64,000 nucleotides of DNA from Acidimicrobiales bacterium (GTDB lineage: Bacteria > Actinomycetota > Acidimicrobiia > Acidimicrobiales > SZUA-35): the NCBI GenBank assembly GCA_050330635.1, contig JBHJNQ010000064.1, positions 6,311-70,310 on the forward strand, given 5' to 3'. The position numbers and the translations under genes are program-made. The notes beneath the pieces are model-generated. The model searched no databases. It was not told where the DNA came from and saw nothing but the letters and a program-made list of their open reading frames with translations. Shown in pieces: positions 51,333 through 60,799 of this stretch; position 1 is the stretch's first letter; each line of letters starts with the position of its first letter.

Positions 51333-52664
51333 TCACCGGTCCACCTCCCCCAGCACCGGGTCGACGGAGGCGATGACCGCCACCGCGTCGGCCAGGAAGC
51401 CGTCGGCCATCATGTGGGGCATCGTCTGCAGGTTGACGAAGCTCGGCCCCCGGATGTGCATCCGGTAGGGCTTGGGTCCACCGTCGGACACCAGGTAGCA
51501 CCCGAGCTCCCCCCGGGGCGACTCGACCGCCACGTACACCTCTCCCGGCGGCACCTTGAAGCCCTCGGTGAAGATCTTGAAGTGGTGGATGAGCGCTTCC
51601 ATCGACTCGTCGATGCGGGCCCGCGGCGGAGGCGTGACCTTGGTGTCGCCCGACCGGTAGTCGCCATCGGGCATCCGCTCCATGATCTGGTGGACGATCC
51701 TGATCGATTCCCGGATCTCGTTGAGGCGGATGGCGTAGCGGTCGAAGGCGTCACCGTAGGTGCCGACGAGCACGTCGAAGTCGACCTCGTCGTAGGCCAG
51801 GTAGGGCATGTTGCGGCGCAGATCCCACTCGACGCCGGTGCTGCGGAGCACGGGCCCGGTGGCGGAGAGGGCGATGGCCTCCTCCTGGGTGATGACACCG
51901 ACCCCCTGCAAGCGATTGCGCCAGATCGGCTGACCGGTCATGAGGATGTCGTACTCCTCGAGGCGGGGCGGGAGCATGTCCATCAGCTCGCTCAACTGCT
52001 CCTGCCAGCCGTCGGGCAGGTCGGCGGCGACGCCGCCGGGGCGGATGTAGTTGTGGTTCATACGCAGACCGGTGACCGTCTGGAAGAAGCGGAGCACCTG
52101 CTCCCGTTCCCGCCACCCGTAGATCATCATCGACACCGCGCCGATGTCCATCCCGTTGGTGGCCATCGACAACAGGTGCGACGAGATCCGGTTCAGCTCG
52201 CACATCAGCATCCGAATCCACGTCGCCCGTGGTGGGACCTCGAGGCCGAGCAGCTCTTCGGTGGCGAGCGAGAACACCAGCTCGTTGAAGAACGGCGAGA
52301 CGTAGTCCATCCGGGTCACGTTCGTTGGACCCTGGAGATAGGTGAGGGTCTCCCCCGTCTTCTCCATTCCGGTGTGGAGGTAGCCGATGATGGGCTTCGA
52401 CCGCAGGACGGTCTCGCCGTCGAGCTCCAGCATGAGGCGGAGCACCCCGTGGGTCGACGGGTGCACCGGGCCCATGTTGACCAGCATCGTCTGGTCGCTC
52501 TCGCCGGCGATGCGGGCCCCGCCGACCGTGGCCGCAGCCTCGACCTCCGACATGCGCAACACCGACCCCCGGCGGGGCAGATGATGGAGCTGACCGCCCT
52601 CGACGAAGTTGTCGTCGAGAGCATCGGCGGTGGCCGACTCGGATCCGCTGACGGTCACGGTCAT
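51333..52664 (-). CDS. nuoD: Complex I subunit D (14-subunit cluster)
   Basis: NMGPVHPSTHGVLR, GYLHTGMEK, RMDY, ESPRGE, GEVDR. Confidence 0.95.
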   Translation of the reverse strand: MTVTVSGSESATADALDDNFVEGGQLHHLPRRGSVLRMSEVEAAATVGGARIAGESDQTMLVNMGPVHPSTHGVLRLMLELDGETVLRSKPIIGYLHTGMEKTGETLTYLQGPTNVTRMDYVSPFFNELVFSLATEELLGLEVPPRATWIRMLMCELNRISSHLLSMATNGMDIGAVSMMIYGWREREQVLRFFQTVTGLRMNHNYIRPGGVAADLPDGWQEQLSELMDMLPPRLEEYDILMTGQPIWRNRLQGVGVITQEEAIALSATGPVLRSTGVEWDLRRNMPYLAYDEVDFDVLVGTYGDAFDRYAIRLNEIRESIRIVHQIMERMPDGDYRSGDTKVTPPPRARIDESMEALIHHFKIFTEGFKVPPGEVYVAVESPRGELGCYLVSDGGPKPYRMHIRGPSFVNLQTMPHMMADGFLADAVAVIASVDPVLGEVDR

Positions 52665-53230
52665 GGGAGATCCGCCTTCGGGTTGCGTTGCCAGGGTGCC
52701 TTGAACTGGACGGGGATGGCACCGACGGCGTAGTCCTTGCGGAGGGGATGCCCCTCCCACGTCTCCGGCATCAGGATTCGTGACTGGTCGGGGTGACCGG
52801 CGAAGGTGATCCCGAACAGGTCGAACACCTCGCGCTCGTGGAAGTCCGTGCCGGGGTAGATGGCGTACAGGGAGTCGATGGTGGGATCGTCCGCCGGCAC
52901 CTGGACCCGGGCTCGGAGACGCTCGGCCCGCTGATGGGACACGAACGAGGCGACCACCTCGAACCGCTCCGGGGTCACCCCCGGCGGCACTTCCCGTAGG
53001 CCGCCGAGGCTCAGGTAGTCGACGGCGGTGAGGTCGACGCACATGTTCCATCCGTCGGCCAGTAGCTCGACGGCGAGGGCCCGCCAGGCGTCGCGGTCGG
53101 GGTGGATGACCCGCTGGCCCCGCGACCAGGTGACGGGGAACCCGTAGGCCTCCTCGACGGTGAGGCCGGTCTCGGTGGACTCGCTGTCGTCGGTCTCGGC
53201 GTCGGTGTCGGCGGCCCCGGTGTCGCTCAC
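52661..53230 (-). CDS. nuoC: Complex I subunit C (14-subunit cluster)
   Basis: [30 protein letters not shown]. Confidence 0.94.
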   Translation of the reverse strand: MSDTGAADTDAETDDSESTETGLTVEEAYGFPVTWSRGQRVIHPDRDAWRALAVELLADGWNMCVDLTAVDYLSLGGLREVPPGVTPERFEVVASFVSHQRAERLRARVQVPADDPTIDSLYAIYPGTDFHEREVFDLFGITFAGHPDQSRILMPETWEGHPLRKDYAVGAIPVQFKAPWQRNPKADLP

Positions 53231-53817
53231 CGGCCGTCGCCGATCGTGGTCAGCACGGGGGCGCCCTGCCCGTCACGCTGCTCGATCGTGATCTCGGCCC
53301 CGCCCCCCGTGGCCGAGCGGCGTCGCAGCAGCTCACCCGACTCGATGTTGGCCCGCAGGGTGAGGATGGCGTGGAGGAGGGTCTCCGGGCCCGGTGGGCA
53401 CCCGGGGGCGTAGACGTCGACCGGGACGACCTGGTCGACGCCCTGCACGATGGCGTAGTTGTTGAACATCCCACCGCTGGAGGCGCACACCCCCATCGAG
53501 ATGACCCACTTCGGCTCCATCATCTGGTCGTAGATCTGCCGCAGGACCGGAGCCATCTTCTGGCTGACCCGCCCGGCCACGATCATCACGTCGGCCTGGC
53601 GGGGCGAGGCCCGGAAGACCTCCATGCCGAGGCGGGCGATGTCGTAGTGGGAGCCGCCGGTGGCCATCATCTCGATGGCGCAGCACGCCAGACCGAACGA
53701 TGCCGGCCACGACGAGCGGGCCCGCGACCACGACACGAGCTTCTCCAGCGGGGCGGTGACGACATTGTGGTCGAGTCCCTCGAAGCCGTGCTCGTTGACG
53801 TTGCTGACCAGTCCCAT
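53227..53817 (-). CDS. nuoB: Complex I subunit B (14-subunit cluster)
   Basis: [32 protein letters not shown]. Confidence 0.95.
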   Translation of the reverse strand: MGLVSNVNEHGFEGLDHNVVTAPLEKLVSWSRARSSWPASFGLACCAIEMMATGGSHYDIARLGMEVFRASPRQADVMIVAGRVSQKMAPVLRQIYDQMMEPKWVISMGVCASSGGMFNNYAIVQGVDQVVPVDVYAPGCPPGPETLLHAILTLRANIESGELLRRRSATGGGAEITIEQRDGQGAPVLTTIGDGR

Positions 53818-54395
53818 CAGACGACCACCTTCTCCTTCTCCGGCTCCGGGGAGGGTCGGGACCCCTCGTCGGGATCGTCGTCGGCGTGGCGTTCGGCGGC
53901 GGCCGCCGCCTCCCGTTCCGCCTCGATCTCGCCGATCCCGTAGGCGATCTGGTAGCGCCCCTCGTTGCCCACTCGACGCACGGTGGAGGTCGACGTCCTC
54001 TCGCCCGCCCGCAGTGGGTCCTGGCGGCGTGACACCTGGAGGGGTCCCCACTCGAGGGCGCCCTTGGAGATGAGATAGACGAACGACTCGAACACGAGGG
54101 CCGAGAAGACCAGGACCGCCACGAGGCCGAAGACCCCGAGGGCGGCGTGGTTGACCGCCCACGGGTAGAGGAACACGATCTCGATATCGAAGATGACGAA
54201 CAGCATCGCCACCAGATAGAAGCGAACCGGGAACCGCTCGGGGAGGTCCCGACCCGGGGTGATGCCGCACTCGTAGGGTGCCAGCTTCTCCAGGGTCGGT
54301 CTCCTCGGGGCCAGCAGCCTCGATGCTATCAAGCTCAATGCTGCGAACACGAATGCCAGCACGAGCAGGGCCAGAACCGGTAGGTACTGCGCCAA
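53817..54395 (-). CDS. nuoA: Complex I subunit A (14-subunit cluster) with C-terminal extension
   Basis: [28 protein letters not shown], then about 70 charged residues. Confidence 0.93.
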   Translation of the reverse strand: MAQYLPVLALLVLAFVFAALSLIASRLLAPRRPTLEKLAPYECGITPGRDLPERFPVRFYLVAMLFVIFDIEIVFLYPWAVNHAALGVFGLVAVLVFSALVFESFVYLISKGALEWGPLQVSRRQDPLRAGERTSTSTVRRVGNEGRYQIAYGIGEIEAEREAAAAAERHADDDPDEGSRPSPEPEKEKVVV

Positions 54396-54434
54396 GGTGT
54401 CCTCCTCTCCTGGTGGCCGGTGTGGATTGCCGCC

Positions 54435-55484
54435 TCAGGCGGCGGTCCGGATCTCTGACTCCCGTTGATCTCTCACGTGCATGTTCCAGGCGACGGCGGC
54501 GAACACCAACCCGTTGAAGATGGTGAACATCGCCGGCGTGAACCGCCGGCCGCTGAACAGGGCGGGGAACGGACCGCCGCGGTCACGTTCCATGATCACA
54601 CTCACCAGCGGGGCATCGGGGTCGACCGTGGCCACCGGCGGGGGCTGACCGGGCAACGTCGGCTGTTCGATGGCGGCCTGGACCTGGATGACGATCAGCT
54701 CCCGGCCGTAGAAGGGATGGAGAAACGTCTCGTTGAAGAAGTGACCCACCCGCTCGAAGACGTTGGCATCCTCGACCAGCACCGGCTTGCCATCGATCGT
54801 GAAGGCCCCGAACTGGCGGGTCACGTACTCACCGGCGGCGAACCGGCCCCCCTCGATGAGGAAGGCATCGACCGAGGCCTGGGCCTCTCCCCGGATCGGA
54901 TCGGAGCTCTCCAGGTACCGCCAGTCGCCGAGGTCGAGCTGGCGGGAGGCGACGAGCGCCGCCTCCTGGGCCACGTCCTGGTCGGCTATCTCGTCGACGG
55001 TGGCGGCGTCGGACAACAACCCGGCCACCGACTCCCGGGCGTCGGCGTCGGGGTAACGGTCGAGCACGGCTTCGGGGTCGAACGGCGCCTCGCCCAGCCC
55101 CCCGGCCGGCACGCCGTCGCCGCTGTCGGACTGGAAGAGCTGAGCCGCCTCCTCCACCTCGGAGAAGAGCAGGCCGTCGTCGGTGTCGCCGGCGTCGTCG
55201 AAGTTGATCTCCACCAGCGACCATGTCGGGGCGGCGCCGTTCCAACCGATGCCGTAGATCGTCCAGATGATCCCCATGAGGAACATCCAGCCGGTGAGGC
55301 CGGCGACGGCGATGAGAAAGCCCTGCCGGCTACCCGTGTTGGTGGCGACGATGAGGTAGGTGCTGCCCATGAGGACGACCACGCCGACCAGCACGCTGAG
55401 CAGGCCCCGGAAGAAGGGATCGAAGCCGATTCCATCGATGAAGGCCAGCTGGCTTGCGACGACCTGGTTGACCAGTAGCAGCAT
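54435..55484 (-). CDS. Hypothetical membrane protein between the cytochrome bc genes and nuoA
   Basis: Two N-terminal TM helices, acidic soluble domain, one C-terminal TM; ATG 55484 overlaps the upstream stop. Confidence 0.75.
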   Translation of the reverse strand: MLLLVNQVVASQLAFIDGIGFDPFFRGLLSVLVGVVVLMGSTYLIVATNTGSRQGFLIAVAGLTGWMFLMGIIWTIYGIGWNGAAPTWSLVEINFDDAGDTDDGLLFSEVEEAAQLFQSDSGDGVPAGGLGEAPFDPEAVLDRYPDADARESVAGLLSDAATVDEIADQDVAQEAALVASRQLDLGDWRYLESSDPIRGEAQASVDAFLIEGGRFAAGEYVTRQFGAFTIDGKPVLVEDANVFERVGHFFNETFLHPFYGRELIVIQVQAAIEQPTLPGQPPPVATVDPDAPLVSVIMERDRGGPFPALFSGRRFTPAMFTIFNGLVFAAVAWNMHVRDQRESEIRTAA

Positions 55485-57040
55485 CACAGGCCTCGCTCGT
55501 AGTCGACGACCGCTTGAATGTAGTCGGGTGGCAGCGACCCGCCGAAGCCCGGCATCATGCCGGCGGCACTGAGCCCGCCCCGACCGTAGCCGGCACCGGC
55601 CTCGGCACCGGTGTAGATGAAGTCGTAGTGGGCCGTGCTGGTGCGGCCGGGCATCTCGACGATCGTGCACTGACCGACCAGCCGGCCGTCGGCCAGCTCG
55701 AACACCTCACCCGGCACGTCGGCTGCGTCGAGTCCGGGCGGGTCCCTGAAGTTGCCGCTGTCGTCCTGCTCGAGCTCGTAGCCGACGGCGAAGGGGTAGG
55801 CGGGTCCGGACTCGGGCTGCCACAGCTGCGACACGTACTCGCAGCTGGCCAGGTCGCCGGCCACGCTCTCGTCGTCCGGCACGGTGACCCCGGTCGGGTC
55901 GTCGAGGATCAGGTAGGGCTCGCCGTCGTCGGTGACGGGGTTGCCGCTTGCATTGAGGCGGACCTTCGAACCGTTGGCCGCCTCGATGTAGAACCCCTCG
56001 TCGTCGTCGAGGCCCTCGGGGGGCAACCACGAGCCGTCGGCCGCCAACCAGGTGTCGTCGGGGAAGCGCTCCAGGACGGAGCCACCGCACAGGTTGAAGC
56101 CGATGCCGGACGGATCGCCGCCCCCGCAGCCGGCGACGCCCTCGTCGAGCACGTTCGGTACGGTGTCGATGCCGAGTGACCAACCGGCGGTGTGGCACCG
56201 GGCGCACGACAGCGAGCCACCGCGGTAGCCGCTGTAGAGACCGAGGTTGAACACGGCTTCACCGATGGTGTCGAACTCGCCGGCGGCGATCGAACGTTCG
56301 ACCTCCTCGCGGACCTCGGCCTCGACCTCGGCGGCGGCGGCCGCCGCCTCCAGGCTCGCCTCGTCGCCCGGGTCGCCGCCGCCGGCGGCGGCGATCTCGA
56401 TGGGGTCGAGGCTCTGCTGCTGCAAGGTCCGCAGATAGATGATGACCTCATCGACCTGTTGGGTCGTGAGGGGTCCGCCACCGGGCGTGCCCCAGGCCGC
56501 CATGGGCGAGCCGGGACGGCCGAAGTTGAGCACGTAGCGGACCTCGTCCTCGCTATAGCGCAGGAGCACGTCGTCGAGCGCCGGGGCGTACCAGTTGGCG
56601 TTGGCCAGGAACTGGCCGTCGGCATCCTGGAGGACGTAGGGGGCGGCACCGCCGGCGCCCCCGGCGGCGTGGCAGTTCACGCACTGGGCACCGCCCACGT
56701 AGGTGCCTTCACCCCGCGACTCGGCCTGCCGGTTGTAGGCGGCGACGGCGCCGACCTGACGGCCGGGTTCGGCCAGCCAGTAGAAGGGCAGGACGATGGC
56801 GAGGAGGCCCAGCATGACCAGGGCGAACGTGAGGGACTTGTCGAGCTTGGTGCCCTCCAGCTCCTCGTCGCTCAGGTACGGTTTGCGGTTGGGGGCGAGC
56901 TCCACCTCCGAGCCCAGCTCGGAGCGGGCGACCCGCATGTTTCGGATCCACAGGGCGACGAAGGCGACGAGAACGAGGGCAGCGACGGTGAGGCCGATGG
57001 CTCTGAAGTCAACGGCCAGGATGGCGGTGGCCGCGACCAT
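55484..57040 (-). CDS. Membrane-anchored diheme c-type cytochrome of the Rieske/cytochrome b complex
   Basis: Two TM helices, CVNCH and CARCH, candidate distal Met ligands in SPMAAW and GMMPGF. Confidence 0.88.
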   Translation of the reverse strand: MVAATAILAVDFRAIGLTVAALVLVAFVALWIRNMRVARSELGSEVELAPNRKPYLSDEELEGTKLDKSLTFALVMLGLLAIVLPFYWLAEPGRQVGAVAAYNRQAESRGEGTYVGGAQCVNCHAAGGAGGAAPYVLQDADGQFLANANWYAPALDDVLLRYSEDEVRYVLNFGRPGSPMAAWGTPGGGPLTTQQVDEVIIYLRTLQQQSLDPIEIAAAGGGDPGDEASLEAAAAAAEVEAEVREEVERSIAAGEFDTIGEAVFNLGLYSGYRGGSLSCARCHTAGWSLGIDTVPNVLDEGVAGCGGGDPSGIGFNLCGGSVLERFPDDTWLAADGSWLPPEGLDDDEGFYIEAANGSKVRLNASGNPVTDDGEPYLILDDPTGVTVPDDESVAGDLASCEYVSQLWQPESGPAYPFAVGYELEQDDSGNFRDPPGLDAADVPGEVFELADGRLVGQCTIVEMPGRTSTAHYDFIYTGAEAGAGYGRGGLSAAGMMPGFGGSLPPDYIQAVVDYERGL

Positions 57041-57909
57041 CAGTGGCCACCACCGCTGCTCAGGCAGTTCGGGCCCTCGGCCTCCTGGCCGGTGGTGTTC
57101 GTACCGATCGGGGGTCCGGCGATGATCACGCCGGTGTTGACGATCAGCTCATTGGCGGCCGAGACCTCCATGGGGAACCGGTCCATACCGCGGGGGGCCG
57201 GACCGCCCTTCTTCTCGCCGACCTGGTTGTACTGCGAACCGTGGCACGGGCACTCGAACCACTGAGAGGTGACGCACTCCGGCACCCGGCACCCGAGGTG
57301 GGGGCAGGTCTGGTAGAGGGCGACCACGCCGGCCCGCAGCCCCTGCTCGACCTGGGGGTAGAAGGCGTAGGTAGCCTCGGCCTTGGCCACCGCCGAAGCC
57401 GGGTACTCGGTCACCCACATCCTCCCCTCCGGCACGTAGAAGAAGCCCTGGCCGTTCCGGATGGCAGCCTGGATGTCGGGCAACCGGCCGACGTTGACCC
57501 GGGCCCCGAAGCCCTCGCTCGGCGGCGGCCACAGGAAGGCGAGGGAGGCGGCGCCGAAGGCCGTCAGCCCGAAGGCGAAGCTGGTGACGATGCTCCGGTT
57601 GAGGAACTGACGGCGGGTGACTCCCAGCGTCTCGGGGTCCGGGGGGACGTAGATCGCCGGAGCGGTGTCGCCCGTGGCCACCAGCGTCCCGGTGCGGCCG
57701 CCGCGGGCGGACGCCTCCAGGGCCCGGCCGGTAGCGGGAGCCGTCTGGCCCTCGTCGCTTGCGGCGAGCTCGGCCCGGCGGTCGCGCTTGACCGTCTCGC
57801 CCGACAGCTGCCCGATGGCGGTCGTCGTGTCGTTGCGGCGGAACGACACGGCAACGACGACCAACCCGAGCAGCGCCAGGATGATGATGCCGATGATGAG
57901 AGGCGTCAT
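57040..57909 (-). CDS. Rieske iron-sulfur protein
   Basis: Internal Tat motif TRRQFL; CPHLGC and CPCHGSQY boxes. Confidence 0.95.
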   Translation of the reverse strand: MTPLIIGIIILALLGLVVVAVSFRRNDTTTAIGQLSGETVKRDRRAELAASDEGQTAPATGRALEASARGGRTGTLVATGDTAPAIYVPPDPETLGVTRRQFLNRSIVTSFAFGLTAFGAASLAFLWPPPSEGFGARVNVGRLPDIQAAIRNGQGFFYVPEGRMWVTEYPASAVAKAEATYAFYPQVEQGLRAGVVALYQTCPHLGCRVPECVTSQWFECPCHGSQYNQVGEKKGGPAPRGMDRFPMEVSAANELIVNTGVIIAGPPIGTNTTGQEAEGPNCLSSGGGH

Positions 57910-57925
57910 GTGATGCTCCTGCTCT

Positions 57926-58729
57926 CTAGAGGTCGAAGAAGATGCCCTCGACCCACGGGAACACGAAGTTGAACCCGGGGCCGCGGAAGAACGAACCGAT
58001 CATGACGAGCACAGCCCAGAACATGAGGAACACCGTGAAGACCGCCACTGCGAACTTGCGGCGCTCCGGCTGGATGTTGGGGTTGCGGTCGATGTAGGGG
58101 GCGATCATGAGGATGAACAGACCCATGCCGGGGATGGTCACCCCGGCCACCATGGGGTGGAACATCGTCAGTAGCTCCTGCAAGCCGAGGAAGTACCACG
58201 GGGCCTTCGACGGGTTGGGGGTGGCGTTGACGTCGGCCAGCCGCAGCAGCGGGGCGTTGACGAAGATGGAGAAGATCGTGAGGAAGGCCGTCAGGAACAG
58301 GGCCGAGCCGAACTCGACGATGATCAGGTGGGGCCACGTGTGGACCTTGTCGTGAGGCTTCGACTTGATGTCCTGGATCGAGCCCGACTTGACGACGGTC
58401 AGCAGCCGCTGGGTGTGACCGGCCGGACCGGTCATCGTCGGCAGCGGGCCGGCGGTGGTGGCGGCCGCCACCGCGGTCGAGGCCGCAGGGGCGACCGCGG
58501 TGGCCGTGGCCCCGCCGCCCGACTCCTCCGCCTCGCGTTGCTTGGCCGACTTCGACCGCTGCAACAGATGCTCGGGGATCTTGCTGGCCGCGCCCTCACC
58601 ACCGCCGGCAGCGGGCGCCGGGACGTCGGCGGCCGTCGGGGCGTCGGAGGCCGCACCCTCGGCGGGGCCCTCGGCCTTCTTGCGGGCCTCCTGGGCCCGC
58701 TTGCGGAGATGTTCGGGGATCTCAGTCAT
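57926..58729 (-). CDS. Cytochrome b6-f/bc subunit IV-like protein
   Basis: TWPHL, ATPNPSKAPWYFLGLQEL (Qo motif region), PYIDRNP...RR. Confidence 0.88.
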   Translation of the reverse strand: MTEIPEHLRKRAQEARKKAEGPAEGAASDAPTAADVPAPAAGGGEGAASKIPEHLLQRSKSAKQREAEESGGGATATAVAPAASTAVAAATTAGPLPTMTGPAGHTQRLLTVVKSGSIQDIKSKPHDKVHTWPHLIIVEFGSALFLTAFLTIFSIFVNAPLLRLADVNATPNPSKAPWYFLGLQELLTMFHPMVAGVTIPGMGLFILMIAPYIDRNPNIQPERRKFAVAVFTVFLMFWAVLVMIGSFFRGPGFNFVFPWVEGIFFDL

Positions 58730-58751
58730 ACGGTCTCTCTTCCTCCGGGGC

Positions 58752-59543
58752 CTAGAGCGGCCCGGAGATGCCGCCGTCCTTGCGGACTCGCCAGAAGTGG
58801 ATGGCCATGAAGATCACGGTCACGAAGGGTAAGAGCAGCACGTGGAGCACGTACCAGCGCAACAGGGTGTCGGTCCCGATGACCTGACCCCCGAGCAGCA
58901 CGAACTTGACCTGCTCACCGAACACCGGGGTGAAGCCCATCATGTTGGTCCCCACCGTCACCGCCCACAGGGCGAGCTGGTCCCAGGGGAGCAGGTAACC
59001 GGTGAACGACAGCAGCAGGGTGAACTGGAGGAGGTTCACGCCGATCACCCAGTTGAACTCGCGGGGTGCCTTGTAGGCCCCGTGGTAGAAGACCCGGGCC
59101 ATGTGGAGGAAGACCGAGATGACCATCAGGTGGGCGCCCCACCGGTGCAGGTTGCGGACGAGCAGGCCGAAGGCGATCTGGGTCTGGAGGGTCTCGATGT
59201 CGTTCCAGGCGGCGGCCGCCGTCGGCCGGTAGAAGAACATCAGGAAGATGCCGGTGATGGTCAGCAGGATGAAGAGGAAGAAGCTGAGCCCACCGAGACA
59301 CAGGGTGTAGCTGACCTTCACCGCGTGCCGTTTGACCTTCACCGGGTGGAGGTGGTAGAGAACGCTGTTCATGATCACGTACGACCGGTTGCGAGGGCTG
59401 TCGGTGTAGCCCTTGCGGAACACCGAACCCGGCCGGAAGATCGAGTTCCAGGCCTGGGAATCCTGGATCGTCTCCGCCATCTGGGAGGCGCTGGCGCTCA
59501 TCCGCTCGGAGAGCGACGGCTTGTCCTGGATCGACTTTGCCAT
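58752..59543 (-). CDS. Cytochrome b6-like (split cytochrome b, N-terminal part)
   Basis: TLCLGG, TGIFL, four heme His (LHRW...LHM, LHV...IHF), TGYLLPWDQ, GISGPL C-terminus. Confidence 0.93.
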   Translation of the reverse strand: MAKSIQDKPSLSERMSASASQMAETIQDSQAWNSIFRPGSVFRKGYTDSPRNRSYVIMNSVLYHLHPVKVKRHAVKVSYTLCLGGLSFFLFILLTITGIFLMFFYRPTAAAAWNDIETLQTQIAFGLLVRNLHRWGAHLMVISVFLHMARVFYHGAYKAPREFNWVIGVNLLQFTLLLSFTGYLLPWDQLALWAVTVGTNMMGFTPVFGEQVKFVLLGGQVIGTDTLLRWYVLHVLLLPFVTVIFMAIHFWRVRKDGGISGPL

Positions 59544-59672
59544 GGATGTCCTTGATCTCGTACGGGTTCTCGTGCGGTTGCCGGGCGCCGTCGGCGCCGG
59601 GCGGTGAGATTCGGTCGGGTGCGATTCGGTCGAGTTCGGGTGAGGAGCGTAGAGGGTGCGGCCCGCTTTGGC

Positions 59673-60089
59673 TCAGGCCAGGCGCATCCCGTAGCCGTAG
59701 CCGTAGGACGTGGTGCGCTGGTGGGAGTCGCCGGTGGCGGGCGGTGTGTCGATCTTGCCGAGGATGATCACCCCGGTCGGGCAGCGGTCGACGCAGAGGG
59801 CGCAGCGGGTGCACACGTCGTCGTCGATGGTGAAGATGAAGGCGTCGTCGGGGTCGTCGCCGGGTTTGACGACACCATAGGCCTCCTGGACGGCGTCGAC
59901 CGTCTGCATGTGGATGCACTTCCACGGGCAGATGTCGACGCAGCCCTCGCAGGCGATGCACTCCGACTGGTCGATGTGGATGAACTGCTTCGGCTTGACG
60001 GCACGGCCGAGGTAGTCGGCGTCGACCTCCATCAGGAGGTAGTCGTCTCGGAATTCCGGGAGTGGTGGGTTTGCGTCGGTGGTGACCAT
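59673..60089 (-). CDS. 2[4Fe-4S] ferredoxin
   Basis: CIACEGCVDICP and CTRCALCVDRCP. Confidence 0.92.
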   Translation of the reverse strand: MVTTDANPPLPEFRDDYLLMEVDADYLGRAVKPKQFIHIDQSECIACEGCVDICPWKCIHMQTVDAVQEAYGVVKPGDDPDDAFIFTIDDDVCTRCALCVDRCPTGVIILGKIDTPPATGDSHQRTTSYGYGYGMRLA

Positions 60090-60107
60090 GGTGTGCTCCG
60101 GTACCGA

Positions 60108-60554
60108 TCAGCCCTGCTTGACCAGGGGCCGACCGTAGGTGCTGCGGGGGATCTGACCGCGCTGCTCGGCCGCCTGACCCCGATTCTGCCAAACGAGCCA
60201 GAGGACGATCTGAGCACCGAAGAACACGAGGTAGAAGACGCCGGCGATCGAGTCGGAGACCACCCGGTACGTGATGTCGAAGGGTAGCCAGCCGCCCTGG
60301 CTGGCGGGCTGGACGATGTTGCCGGGGCCGTAGACGAACCGGTCGGCCCGCCAGTTCAGCTCGTTCTCGGCCAGGGTCAGCCACTGATGGGGAATCACGC
60401 CGTAGGCGAGGAAGGCGAGAAAGAAGACGTAGACGGCGCCGACCATGGCCTCACCCCACGTAACCGGCGTGCCGACGGGACGACGGCGGGCGTACCACAA
60501 CACACCCAACACCATCAGAACCGCAGCGATGATCGAAGTGATGAGGGCGACCAC
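60108..60554 (-). CDS. Hypothetical 3-TM membrane protein, first gene of the bc-nuo operon
   Basis: Three hydrophobic segments, TWGEA and IPHQW motifs, STYGRPL tail. Start placed at GTG 60554. Confidence 0.72.
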   Translation of the reverse strand: MVALITSIIAAVLMVLGVLWYARRRPVGTPVTWGEAMVGAVYVFFLAFLAYGVIPHQWLTLAENELNWRADRFVYGPGNIVQPASQGGWLPFDITYRVVSDSIAGVFYLVFFGAQIVLWLVWQNRGQAAEQRGQIPRSTYGRPLVKQG

Positions 60555-60583
60555 GAAGAACTCTCCAGTTCGGGCGGGATGAC

Positions 60584-60608
60584 TTTGTGAAGCTTTGCAC
60601 AAATGCTA
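60584..60608 (-). promoter_or_regulatory. Rex-type operator adjoining a -10 box
   Basis: TTTGTGAAGCTTTGCACAAA (60584-60603) has one mismatch to the consensus TTGTGAA-N4-TTCACAA. Minus-strand TAGCAT at 60603-60608. Confidence 0.8.
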
Positions 60609-60799
60609 GTCGGAAGCTTCGAGAACGACGCAACCGTAGGCCGGCGGGCGGCCGATACCGCCCATCGGGCCGCCGGTTCGGTTGCTGGCCGCCGGTCGGT
60701 TTAGCATCCAGTTGCCGGTCGTGGCCAATACTTCGGTAGTCTTTGCGCCGCCCGGAGTTGGAAATCCCCCCGTTCTGGTCGTAGTTACGCGGAGGACCG

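Noticed and set aside
11412-54395. Two nuo sets as an assembly duplication
   Set aside because: The paralogues are highly diverged and differ in gene content, so they are old paralogues.
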